From an uncultured delta proteobacterium (GTDB taxonomy: Bacteria; Myxococcota_A; Polyangia; Polyangiales; JAFGIB01): 64,000 nucleotides of DNA. Position 1 is the first letter of the stretch. Every line of letters starts with the position of its first letter. The position numbers and the translations under genes were made by a program. Positions 37,388-46,945 of the stretch are shown piece by piece. The stretch covers positions 128,001-192,000 of the forward strand of contig CAVZVA010000002.1 in NCBI GenBank assembly GCA_963778655.1. Reading direction: 5' to 3'. The notes under the pieces are model-generated. The model had not been told where the DNA came from. It did no database searches and was given only the letters and a program-made list of their open reading frames with translations.

Positions 37388-38335
37388 TCAGCGGGTGCGG
37401 GAGCGGCGGCCGGTGGCGTGGCAGTTGAGGCAGAAGTTGGGGGCGGCGGCGCCCCTGGGATAGTCGCGGACGCGCGCGTGGACGTCGTCGTACTTGGCGC
37501 GCTTGTGGCACTGCACGCAGTCGGTGTCGTTCTTGCCCATGGTGCCGCCCTGATCGTGGCAGGTGCGGCAGCCGATGCCCTCGTGCGCGCCGCTCTTGAT
37601 CGGAAAGCGGTTCTCGGGGTGGACCGGGCTGGGCGGCGCCGGGATCTGCGCGCGCGCGGGCGGCGGCGTGCTCGGCTGCGGCGCGCGCGCTTGGGGCGCG
37701 GCTGGCGGCGTGCTCGGCGCAACCGAGGTGCCGGCGGGCTTTGGACGCTTGGCCGCAGACGGTGGGCTCGGGGCTGGCGCGGTCTTGTGCGCCGCGGGCT
37801 TTGCAGCCGTCTTGCCACGCGCAGTGGGCTGCGGCGGCGGCGCCGCCGGCTGCTGCGCCGCGACCTCCTGCTGCGGCTTGCGCGCCGGCTTCCAGGCCGT
37901 GGTCGAGTGGCAGTCGTCGCAGGTGGTCGCGAAGCGATCGTGCCCCGGATACTCGCTGCGATCGTAGTCGTCGCGGTGGCAGCCCACGCACTGCTTGCTG
38001 GTGCCCGCGTAGACCGGCGGCTGTCCCACGTGACAGGCCGCGCAGCGCGCCTTGGCGTGCGCGCCCAGCAACGGATAGGGATGGTCGAAGACCGAAGGCC
38101 GCCACGCCTGCTGCGTATGGCACACGGCGCAAGCGGTCGGCCGCACGCCCGCGTGAGGCGGGTTCTTGGCTGCCTGGTATTCGGGCAGGTGACAGTTGGC
38201 GCACGCGCCCGCGGCCTGCCGGGTCTGCGCGTCGTGCGCGCGCGCGCCACACGCTCCAGCCGCGAGCGCGGCGCAGCACAGCAGCGCCGGCACGCCCAGC
38301 TGCCCGGGCGGCGGCCGCACGCGCGCGCGCGGCAT
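37388..38335 (-). CDS. Octaheme cytochrome c, probable lipoprotein
   Basis: Eight CxxCH motifs: CANCH, CAVCH, CAACH, CVGCH, CDDCH, CRTCH, CVQCH, CLNCH. Signal ending AAGAC. ATG overlaps the upstream TGA (TGATG). Confidence 0.9.
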   Translation of the reverse strand: MPRARVRPPPGQLGVPALLCCAALAAGACGARAHDAQTRQAAGACANCHLPEYQAAKNPPHAGVRPTACAVCHTQQAWRPSVFDHPYPLLGAHAKARCAACHVGQPPVYAGTSKQCVGCHRDDYDRSEYPGHDRFATTCDDCHSTTAWKPARKPQQEVAAQQPAAPPPQPTARGKTAAKPAAHKTAPAPSPPSAAKRPKPAGTSVAPSTPPAAPQARAPQPSTPPPARAQIPAPPSPVHPENRFPIKSGAHEGIGCRTCHDQGGTMGKNDTDCVQCHKRAKYDDVHARVRDYPRGAAAPNFCLNCHATGRRSRTR

Positions 38336-40345
38336 CAGAACTGCTCCTCGCGAAAACGCATACCGAGCCGCGCGCAAATCGGGCGCAGCTTGCGCGCGAG
38401 CCCCTTGGGCCCGCAATAGTAGATGTCGACCGGCTCGGGGGCATGCTGCTGCGCGATACCCGCCAGCACGGTCGCCCAGTCGGGGTGCCCCATGTGGGTG
38501 AGCCCCCTCAAGCCGGTCACCGGATCACGCTGGCCCACGGCGTGCAGGACCTCGCGCGCGATCTCGAGCCCGGCCGCGGTCGCGCCACCGCGACCGCCGG
38601 TCATGCAGATGTACACGTCGAGCAGCTCCCGGTGGTCGCGCGTCTCCAGCTCCTCGAGCAGCGCCGCGAACCACTCGAACGAGTACTGGTCCCGGTTCAG
38701 CCAGAAGAAGTGCACCTTCTGCAACGCCAGCGGCTGCCCGTCTTGCCCGAGCATCGGCGTGGCCCTCGCGATAGGTCAAGCTCTCGAGCACACTGGCGAA
38801 GGGCGTCACGCCGATGCCGGCGCCGATCAGCATCGCGTAGCGGGACTCGAAGATGTGGGTGCTGGGCGCGCCGTAGGGACCCTCGATCTGCACCGGGAGC
38901 GGCTCGTCGTCGCCCGCGGCCTGGCGCCGCTCCACCAGCTGCCGCAGCGCGGCGGTCCAGTTCCCGAGCGTGCGCACGTGCACGCTGAGCGCCGGATTCT
39001 CGGGTGCGCTGCTCAGCGTGAACGGGTGCCACTCATGACGGGCGAGCGCCGGAATGCGCAGGAACACGTAGTCGCCCGGCCGCTGCTCGAATTCGGGCGG
39101 GCGCTCGAGCTGTAGCCGCGTGACCCCGGAGCGCAGCGCCTGCGCGGCCACGATCGCGCTGCGCTGCCCGCGCCTGCGCACACGCCACAGCTGCTCCAGC
39201 GCCCAGCCGAGCAGGGGCAGCGCCGCCCAGGGCAGAAACGACGGCGCGTGCGCCAGCGCGAGCGCGAACCACACCAGGTAGAGCAGGTGCGAGAAGTAGA
39301 ACAGCTCGAAGCGGCTCGAGCGCCGGATCAGCGCCAGCGCGAACACCCACATCGTGACCAGCACCAGCAGCAAGAGCAGCCCGCTAGCACCGCGCTCGGT
39401 GTGCAGAAACAGCCGCGAGAGCGGTGCGCTCGCGTGCCCGGAGGCGTAGCTCGTCACGAACGCCAGGCTGTGCGCCACGCCGAAGCCGAGCATGGTGTGG
39501 CCGACCAGCCGGTGAAAAGTCAGCGCATCGTCGACCGGAATCGCGCGCCCGAGCGGAGTCGACCTCACCCAGGTCAGCATGCGCCGCATCACCGGCACCA
39601 GGATCAGGGCGCCGTCGAGGTTCAGGCAGGCGCCGCAGGCGCGGCCGAGCTGCATGGTCGTGCTGCCTTCCCCGCCGCGCATCACGCTCGCGAACAGCGC
39701 CACGTGCGCGAGCACGAACAGCGCCACGAACCCGATCTCGAGCCGTGAGTTGTCGATGGCGCGCAGCAGCTCGGCGCCGCGCCCGCCCTGCCTGCGGTCC
39801 AGGCGCGCCAGCAGATCCTCGTTGGGGGCGATCCAGAGCGCCTCGCTGTGCGTCATCTGGGCGAGCAGCCGCGGGTGTCTGCGCACGACCGCCTCGAGCT
39901 CTGCGAACGAGATCTTGCCGTCGAGATCGGTGTCCGCCATCGCCAGCAGCATGTGCGTCAGGCGCTCGGGAGGTTGCGAGGCACGCGTCTGGACCTCATC
40001 CTCGGCAAGGCTGATCGCGATCATACGCAGCAGCTCGACCCGCCCGATGAAGCCGTCGCCGTCCTCGTCGTGCAGTCGAAAGGCGAACAACAGCTTTTCG
40101 CGATCGCTGCCGAACAGCAGCGCGCGCACGCCCTGCATGAACTCCTCGCGGTCGATCACGCCGTCGCGGTCGCGGTCGAAGTTACGCAGCACCCGCCCCG
40201 CCAGGTACTCGCTGCGCAGGCCGAGCGCGCGCTGCAGCGCGGCCGCGTCGATGTGCTCGTGCTCGCCGGCGTGATGCTCGAACGCGTGCTCGAGCGCCTG
40301 CAACAGCTCGGCGTCGGCGCCGGACAGCCGGGGTAGAGAGCTCAT
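38335..40345 (-). CDS. EF-hand-containing NADPH oxidase (NOX5-like), split by an apparent frameshift near 38720-38775
   Basis: EF loops DRDRDGVIDREE, DEDGDGFIGRVE, DTDLDGKISFAE; heme His pairs FHRLVGH...VAHS and FSHLLY...LAHA; FAD motif WHPFTLSS; EGPYG; GAGIGVTPF. The remainder of the NADPH domain (KVHFFWLNRD, YYCGPKGL, FREEQF) lies in another frame (38335-38754). Confidence 0.88.
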
Positions 40346-40357
40346 CCGCGCCGGAAT

Positions 40358-40816
40358 CTACACCATCAAACGCGTGGCCGCGTCCACAGGTGAGTCGCCG
40401 TGAATGGTCAGATTGCCCTTTGCGTCGGCCGAAACCGCGAAGTGCTGCAACGGCTCGCGCGCGGGCCCGTGGACCACGTTGCCGTTCACGTCGAACTGGC
40501 TGCCGTGGCAAAAGCAGACCAGACCCGAGGACGAAACCAAGCCCTGGGCTCCGATGTCGCAGCCCTGGTGCGTGCAAGTGAGCGTCATCGCGTAGATGCC
40601 GCTGGCGTCGCGCGCGATGCACACCGCAAAGCCCTGGATCGGCCGGATCGTGCCCACTGACAGCGCGGCCGCGGCGCCGGCGACCACGTCGCCGACCGCC
40701 TCCGGCATCGCGCTGGAGCCGCAGCCCAGGGCCGCTGGCACGGCGGCCGAAGCGGCCAGCACCTGCAGGAACACGCGCCGCGTGGTGCGTGGCAAGTCAT
40801 CCGTAACGTCATCCAT
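40358..40816 (-). CDS. Rieske [2Fe-2S] protein with Tat signal
   Basis: TRRVFLQ twin-arginine motif; CTHQGC and CFCHGSQF; GPAREPL. Confidence 0.9.
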   Translation of the reverse strand: MDDVTDDLPRTTRRVFLQVLAASAAVPAALGCGSSAMPEAVGDVVAGAAAALSVGTIRPIQGFAVCIARDASGIYAMTLTCTHQGCDIGAQGLVSSSGLVCFCHGSQFDVNGNVVHGPAREPLQHFAVSADAKGNLTIHGDSPVDAATRLMV

Positions 40817-40855
40817 TCTGCTGCTCCCATTCTCGGCGTGAGACACGCCGCAAGC

Positions 40856-41419
40856 TCAGCGGTCCGCGAAACCGAAGCGCGCGACCACCTGCACCTCCGG
40901 CCGGGCGCTCGCGCCGAGCTGCTCCGGCAGCTCGATGCCGTAGTCGCCCGGGGAAAGCCGCAGCGTGCCGTCGACCTGGAAGCCGCTTGGAACGCGCCGC
41001 ACGTGGTAGAAGATCGTCACCAGGTGCTCGCGACCGTGCAGGCGCAGCGTCCCCGGTGCGAAGCCGCTCAGCACTCCGTCGCCGGACGGCAGCTCGAGGT
41101 CGGCGCGCTGCACGCGCAGCACCGCGTCGGGAAAGCGCTGCACCTCGAGATACTTCTGGCGCAGGTCGCGATCGCGGAATGCCACGCCCGTGCTGAAGCT
41201 GGAAAGCGCCACCGTCAAGCTGAGGGTCTGCGCGTCCTCGGACAGCACGCAGTCCGAGCTGGTGCCCACGATCTTGATGCCGGCAGGACCCGCCACGGTG
41301 AAGACCACGCTCGGCGTGCCGGCCTGCGTGAAGCGGGCGGCGGCCGGCTGCGCGGCCAGCGCGACGGCCAGCACGGCCAACGAAGGCGCGACGGCGCGGC
41401 GCGTAGAACGCAAATCCAT
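40856..41419 (-). CDS. YceI-like periplasmic polyisoprenoid/lipid-binding protein
   Basis: GGAGG RBS; signal peptide; FSTGVAFRDRDLRQKYLEVQRFP; GTLRLHG. Confidence 0.82.
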   Translation of the reverse strand: MDLRSTRRAVAPSLAVLAVALAAQPAAARFTQAGTPSVVFTVAGPAGIKIVGTSSDCVLSEDAQTLSLTVALSSFSTGVAFRDRDLRQKYLEVQRFPDAVLRVQRADLELPSGDGVLSGFAPGTLRLHGREHLVTIFYHVRRVPSGFQVDGTLRLSPGDYGIELPEQLGASARPEVQVVARFGFADR

Positions 41420-41589
41420 GGCGGCGACCTCCCGGGGCGAGCGTGCTGCGTGGGTCGGCTTGCAGCCTCGTCCGGGTGGGTACCGGCAGCCGGGCGCAGG
41501 CAGGCAGGCGCGCGGCGACCGGCATGTGCGGCCCGCGCGCGCGGCGGCCACGGCCGGCCGATCCGGGCTACAGTGAGCGCAACGTTGCG

Positions 41590-42735
41590 ATGCCGACCGC
41601 GCTCACGCTCGTGGTGTTCCTGATCGCCAGCGACGACGCGACCGCGGGCGCGCTCGCGCGCGCCGCGCAGGATGCGCTGGGGCCGCAGGCGACGATCGTG
41701 GTGCGCGCTGCGGCGGCGCCGCCGAGCGACGAGGACGCCCAGGCCACGGCGCGCACACAGCGCGCAAGCGCCTGCGCAGTGGTGAGCTGGCAAGACGCAG
41801 CGCGGCTGCACGCGCGCGTGCACCTCCAGCTCGAGCCGTCCGGGCCATGGACCGACCGCGAGTTGGTGTTCGAGCCCGCCGACGCAGCCGGCGAGAAAGG
41901 CCGCGCGCTCGGCTTCGCCCTGGCGTCCATGCTGCCGCCGCGCGCGGGCGCGCCGCCGCAGGTCGAGCCGGCGCCCGAGCCCGAGGCGGCGGCCGCGCCG
42001 CAGGCCGAGCCGGCGGCTGCGACGCCGCAGCCCGAGCCGGCGGCCGCAAGCGCGGCGCAGCCGCTTGTCGCAGCGCAACCGCCCGCGACGGCAGCCGCGA
42101 CCGCGCCGGCGAGAGCGGCTGCTGCGCAGGCGCGCGCACAGCCGCACGCGGCCCAGGCCCAGGCCGACGCCGAGCGCCCTCCTGCGCCGGCGCCCGCCGA
42201 GAGCCCGGTGCAGCCGCGCGGCCGTCCCCTCGGATCCGTCGACGTGCTGGCGAGCGCGACCGACGGCTGGGGCGGCGAAGGGCCGCGCTTCGGCGGTGCG
42301 CTGGCTGCGCAATGGCACTTCGTTCGTCATTTCGGCCTGCGCGCGCTGCTCGCCGTGCGCGCCGGCCAGGTGGAGGCGATCGAGGCCTCCGCCATGGTGC
42401 TGGATGTGGGCGCCGGCATCACCTGGCACACCGAGCCCGACCGCCGCGCGCTGCCGCTTGGCGCAGGTCTGCGCCTGGAGGCGCTGGCCTTGCGCCAGGC
42501 GCTGACGCGCGGGGCCGCGGCGGGACGGCCACGGGAAAGTCACGATCGCTGGCTCCCGGCTGCGCAGCTGGTGGCCGAGGGGAGCTGGGAATTCTCCCAA
42601 GACGCGGCCCTGGTCGCCGGAGCCGGAGGCCGGCTCGCGCTGGGCAAGACCAGCGTGCTGGTCGGGGGCCACCCCCGGGCCAGCCTGCTGCCGGCCTCGC
42701 TGCTGTTCGAGCTGGGGCTGCGCGCGCGCTTTTGA
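41590..42735 (+). CDS. Hypothetical protein: N-terminal domain, Pro/Ala linker, probable C-terminal beta-barrel
   Basis: Alternating hydrophobic strands ending FELGLRARF; first gene of the ECF module. Confidence 0.6.
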   Translation: MPTALTLVVFLIASDDATAGALARAAQDALGPQATIVVRAAAAPPSDEDAQATARTQRASACAVVSWQDAARLHARVHLQLEPSGPWTDRELVFEPADAAGEKGRALGFALASMLPPRAGAPPQVEPAPEPEAAAAPQAEPAAATPQPEPAAASAAQPLVAAQPPATAAATAPARAAAAQARAQPHAAQAQADAERPPAPAPAESPVQPRGRPLGSVDVLASATDGWGGEGPRFGGALAAQWHFVRHFGLRALLAVRAGQVEAIEASAMVLDVGAGITWHTEPDRRALPLGAGLRLEALALRQALTRGAAAGRPRESHDRWLPAAQLVAEGSWEFSQDAALVAGAGGRLALGKTSVLVGGHPRASLLPASLLFELGLRARF

Positions 42736-42773
42736 GCCTGCCCCGCGCTGCCTCGCGGTACAAATTCGATGCT

Positions 42774-43454
42774 ATGGCGGCGTCCACCCACAAGCCCGCT
42801 CGACCCCAGCTGCGATTGGCGGCCAGCGACGGGGTGCCGCGGCAACAGCAGCCGCCGCGATCGCCCGAGCCCTCGCTCGACGACACCCAGCTGCTGCAAG
42901 CGCTGCGCCGCGGCGACGCCGGCGCTGCCACCTCGCTGCACGACCGCGCGCGGCCGCAGGTCGAGCGTACGATCGCGCGCCTGCTCGGGCGCAGCGACGT
43001 CGATCGCGAGGATCTGGCGCAGCTGGCGATGATCGAGCTGGTGACCAGCGCCGATCGCTTTCGCGGCGACTGCTCGCTCGACGGCTGGATCTCGCTGATC
43101 ACGGCGCGCGTCGTGTACAAGCACCTGCGCCGCCGCACGCTCGAGCGCCGGATCTTCGAGGGCGCGGTGCACGACGATCTGCCGTCGGCCTCGGGCCGCG
43201 CGCCGGCGCGCGAGACGGCGGTGCGCGGGCTGATCGCGCGCGTGCGCGGCCACCTCGACCGCCTGGACGAAAACAAGGCGTGGACCTTCCTGCTGCACGA
43301 CGTGTGCGGTTATGATCTGCGCGAGATCGCCGAGATCACGGGCGTGAGCGTGGCCGCGGCGCAAACACGGTTGACGCGCGGGCGGCGCGAGCTGCACGAG
43401 CGCATCGCGGGCGACCCGGAGCTCGCGGGCGCGCTGGACGAGGCGGGAGGATGA
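42774..43454 (+). CDS. ECF RNA polymerase sigma-70 factor
   Basis: Region 2 EDLAQ...FRGDCSLDGWI; region 4 GYDLREIAEITGVSVAAAQTRLTRGR. Confidence 0.88.
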   Translation: MAASTHKPARPQLRLAASDGVPRQQQPPRSPEPSLDDTQLLQALRRGDAGAATSLHDRARPQVERTIARLLGRSDVDREDLAQLAMIELVTSADRFRGDCSLDGWISLITARVVYKHLRRRTLERRIFEGAVHDDLPSASGRAPARETAVRGLIARVRGHLDRLDENKAWTFLLHDVCGYDLREIAEITGVSVAAAQTRLTRGRRELHERIAGDPELAGALDEAGG

Positions 43455-43455
43455 G

Positions 43456-44592
43456 GTGACGGTCCCGCGTTACGCACGACTGGCCGGCGAGCTGCTGCGC
43501 GATGACGCGAGCGCGGAAGCGGGGGCGCAGCCCGGCGCCCAGACGCGCACGCAGGCGATCGCGGCGCTGGAGCAGGCGCTCGCGCGCAAGGCCCGGCGCC
43601 GGCGCGTCGCGCGTATCTCCGCGCTCGCGCTGGCGGCCGCGGCGGCGCTGGCGCTTGCCTGGCTGGGGACGGCGCGCGCGCCGCAGTCGCCGGCGGTCGC
43701 GGCACGCGGCGCGCGGTCGAGCGCGCGGCCCGCGGTGGTAGCGCACGCGCGCGGAGACGGCGCGCGCATCATCGGCGGCGAGCCGCTGCAGAGCGGCGGC
43801 CAGGCGCTGCTGCCCGGCGCGCGCGTGGTTGCGCTGCCACACGGCCACGCGCTGCTGGCGTTCGCCACCGGCACACGGGTCGACGTCGAGCAGGGCGGCG
43901 ACGTCACGCTGGTCCAGGCGAACGCATCGCAGGTGCTCTCGCTGCAGGCCGGAGCGCTGCGCGCGCACGTGGCCAAGCTCGCGGCCGGGCGGCGCTTCTT
44001 GGTGCGTACCGCGGATGCCGAAGTCGAGGTGCACGGCACGTCGTTTCGCGTGGCCAACGCCGCGCCCGATCCCGGCTGCGGCGACGGCGCGCGAACGCGC
44101 GTCGACGTGTACGAGGGCGTGGTCACGGTGCGGCATGCGGGCCGCGAGCAGTACGTGCGAGCCGGTGAAGCCTGGCCCGCAGGCTGCACACACTCGAGCG
44201 CCGCGGCCGAGCAGCCCGCGCGCCCGCAGCGCGCCGCGGCCCAGGCGGCGCGACAGCCGCGCGCGACAGGCGCGCCCGTGCCGAGCCCAGAGCTGGTCGC
44301 GCCTGCGCGCGCGCCCACGGCCTCGGAGCTTGCGGCGCAGAACGAGGCCTTCGCCGGCGCGCTCGCCGACAAGCGCCACGGCCGGCTCGAGGCCGCCGTG
44401 CGAGGCTTCGAGTCGCTGCTCGCGCGCTACCCGCGCGGACCGCTGGCCGAGAGCGCGGCGGCGCAGCGCATGCAGCTGCTGGACGAGCTCGACGCCGGGC
44501 GCGCGGCCCGTGCCGCCCGCGACTACCTGCGGCTCTACCCGCGAGGCTTCGCCCGCGAGCAGGCCGAGGCGATCGTGGCGGAGAGCCGGTGA
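43456..44592 (+). CDS. FecR-domain anti-sigma factor with C-terminal TPR-like region
   Basis: Single TM; VRTADAEVEVHGTSFRV, VDVYEGVV; YPRGPLAE, YLRLYPRG. Confidence 0.85.
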   Translation: MTVPRYARLAGELLRDDASAEAGAQPGAQTRTQAIAALEQALARKARRRRVARISALALAAAAALALAWLGTARAPQSPAVAARGARSSARPAVVAHARGDGARIIGGEPLQSGGQALLPGARVVALPHGHALLAFATGTRVDVEQGGDVTLVQANASQVLSLQAGALRAHVAKLAAGRRFLVRTADAEVEVHGTSFRVANAAPDPGCGDGARTRVDVYEGVVTVRHAGREQYVRAGEAWPAGCTHSSAAAEQPARPQRAAAQAARQPRATGAPVPSPELVAPARAPTASELAAQNEAFAGALADKRHGRLEAAVRGFESLLARYPRGPLAESAAAQRMQLLDELDAGRAARAARDYLRLYPRGFAREQAEAIVAESR

Positions 44593-45185
44593 GCACCCGC
44601 GCCTCGGCGCTACTGCTGCTGGCTCTCGCCGGCGCCTGCAACGGCCAGCTGCGCTTCCAGGATCAGGACGCGGCCAGCACGCGCGCGCCGTGTACGCGCG
44701 ACACCGACTGCGGGCTTCCGTCGCTGCACTGCGACCCGTTCTCCGGCGCCTGCGTGGCCTGCACGGCCGACGTGCACTGCGGTCAGGGCGCGCGTCGCTG
44801 CGATACCGCGCTGCACCGCTGCATCGAGTGCGGCAGCCAGCTCGACTGCGCGAGCGGCCAGGTGTGCGAGGCGATGACGCACCGCTGCGTGCAGAGCTGC
44901 GGCGAAAGCGGTGAAGCGGCCTGTCCGCCGAACGCGCCAACCTGCGACGAGCAGCTCGGGCTGTGCGTGGAGTGCCAGGGCGATGCGGATTGCGCGGCGC
45001 ACACCGACGACGGCTCGTTCTGCCAGGTCGCGAGCGGTCGCTGCGTGCAGTGCACCGAGGACAGCCAGTGCCCCCGCTCGGCACCGCGCTGCGATCCGGC
45101 CCGCGGCCGCTGCGCGCAGTGCACCTCCTCCAACGACTGCCCTCCGCCGCACAGCTGCGATCCCCAGACGCTGCACTGCGTGTGA
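44589..45185 (+). CDS. Cys-rich repeat lipoprotein
   Basis: Lipobox LAGAC; repeated CVxCxxDxxC...C units; GTGA overlap with fecR-like gene. Confidence 0.8.
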   Translation: MSTRASALLLLALAGACNGQLRFQDQDAASTRAPCTRDTDCGLPSLHCDPFSGACVACTADVHCGQGARRCDTALHRCIECGSQLDCASGQVCEAMTHRCVQSCGESGEAACPPNAPTCDEQLGLCVECQGDADCAAHTDDGSFCQVASGRCVQCTEDSQCPRSAPRCDPARGRCAQCTSSNDCPPPHSCDPQTLHCV

Positions 45186-45258
45186 GGCGCCGAGCGTCGG
45201 CGCGGCGCCGCCGAATCGTTGCTGACTGGGGCCCCATGCCGGCGAGCCTGGCCGGGGC

Positions 45259-46629
45259 TCAGGCCGCGCGCGAACGGCGCCGCCGCCGCAGGCGGACGCC
45301 GCAGGCCAGCAGCGCGAGCAGCATCCAGCCGAGCGCGCGCAGGCCCGGTCGCGCCCCGGCACCGAGCGCCGTGCAGCCGCAACCCGATGAGGCGGGTGGC
45401 ACCACTGAGCCGGAGCCGCCGTCGATGCCGAACTCGTCCAGGCTCCCCGCGGGCATGGCCAGCAAGGCTTGCAGGTTCATCCACGGGATCGCGCAGCGCG
45501 TGGGCAGGCTGCCGCACTGCAGTGGGCCCTCGATGTCCTTGAAGCGAAGCAACGGCTGCCAGCTCGCGCCCTGGTCGTCGGACACGCCGACCGCAAAGTC
45601 GTCCATGGTGTCGTCGGCCACCGCGTAGAGCCGCCCGCCGCGCTCGCCGAGCGCGCGCAAGTGCGGGGCGTGCGGCCAGTCGCCGAACGACTTGCCGCCG
45701 TCGGTCGAGATGTACGCGCCGGCCTGCTTGGTGCCGACGATCAAGGCGCCGTCGGAACGACGCAGAAACGCGCTCATCGTGATGCGCTCGCCGAGCTTCA
45801 GCGGCACCTTCACGCTTCCGTCCGCGTCGTCGTAGATCGCGAGGCTGTCGGTGGTGCTGTCCTCGGCTCGCAGGTAGACCTTGTTCGCGTCGACCGGGTC
45901 GACCGCCAGGATCCGCGGCAGCAAGGGACCCAGCACCCCCGAGAGGTCGTGATCGCGCCAGCTGTCGCCGCCGTCGCGCGAGCGCACCAGATGGGGCAGG
46001 ATCGGCGTCGAGCCGTACAGCGCCAGATACACGGTCTGTGGATCGCTGCGCGCGATCTCGACGCCGGTGATGTACGTACCCGATTGCGTCTGGTACTTCG
46101 CGACGTGGAAGCTCTGGCCGCCGTCGTGCGACTCCACCACCGAGGGCGACGGCACGCCGCCGTCGTCGTCGACCTGCGCCACCGCCAGCACGCGGCTTGC
46201 GTCTTTGGGATCAGGGAAGACGTCGCCCGCGGAATCGATCTGGCCGTGCGCGGGGTCCCAGGAGCAACCGTCGTCGTCGGACTCCACCAGGCCGTCGACG
46301 GTGATCGCGTAGAGGCGATCCTGCGGCGCGGCACCGAGCTGGTAGAGCGTCGCGAACTGCCCGATCGCTTCCTCGCACACCCAGCGCCAGCTGGCGCCGT
46401 CGTCGTCGGAGCGCAGCAGCCCGAAGTTGGTGGCGACCAGGATGCGCTGCGGCTGGTCCTCGGGCAGCATGATGCTGAGCGAATCGGGAAACGCGCCATC
46501 CGCGCGCGCGGGCGCGACGCGTAGCAAGCCGAGCGCGGCGGCCAGCCCCAGCGCGACGCGCCAGAGCCGAGACGCCCGCGCCGGTGCAACACGCGCGCTG
46601 GCGCGCGCCGAGCCCGTGGCTCCAATCAT
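45259..46629 (-). CDS. BNR/Asp-box beta-propeller protein with MYXO-CTERM-like sorting tail
   Basis: Repeated SxDxGxSW/F (SDDDGASW, SRDGGDSW, STDGGKSF, SDDQGASW); C-terminal SGCGC + TM + poly-Arg. Confidence 0.82.
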   Translation of the reverse strand: MIGATGSARASARVAPARASRLWRVALGLAAALGLLRVAPARADGAFPDSLSIMLPEDQPQRILVATNFGLLRSDDDGASWRWVCEEAIGQFATLYQLGAAPQDRLYAITVDGLVESDDDGCSWDPAHGQIDSAGDVFPDPKDASRVLAVAQVDDDGGVPSPSVVESHDGGQSFHVAKYQTQSGTYITGVEIARSDPQTVYLALYGSTPILPHLVRSRDGGDSWRDHDLSGVLGPLLPRILAVDPVDANKVYLRAEDSTTDSLAIYDDADGSVKVPLKLGERITMSAFLRRSDGALIVGTKQAGAYISTDGGKSFGDWPHAPHLRALGERGGRLYAVADDTMDDFAVGVSDDQGASWQPLLRFKDIEGPLQCGSLPTRCAIPWMNLQALLAMPAGSLDEFGIDGGSGSVVPPASSGCGCTALGAGARPGLRALGWMLLALLACGVRLRRRRRSRAA

Positions 46630-46774
46630 GGCCGGGTGCTCGGACCTCGGTCCAAACGCCCGATTCCCTGGGCCGACCGATCTGCACAAAGGAGTCAAGT
46701 CTTGGCGAGGCCCCTGTCTTGACGCGTGTCGAGTCACATGTCTCGCGGGTCTGAGGCGCAGCTTCGCCAAAGTC

Positions 46775-46945
46775 CTAGAGCACCGAACATATTGAAGCAC
46801 GCACGATTTCGGGGCCCTCGCGGGCGCATGGCACGTGCGCTCCCCGCTCGACGTAGGATGGACTACGCCTTCGGGCTCCCGCCCGCACCCTGCATCCCGC
46901 CATGACCCCGACTTCGCACACGTTTCAATATGTTCGGTGCTCTAG
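46775..46945. mobile_element. MITE-like element (171 bp) with 22-bp perfect terminal inverted repeats
   Basis: CTAGAGCACCGAACATATTGAA (46775-46796) and TTCAATATGTTCGGTGCTCTAG (46924-46945); intergenic; no transposase inside. Confidence 0.65.
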
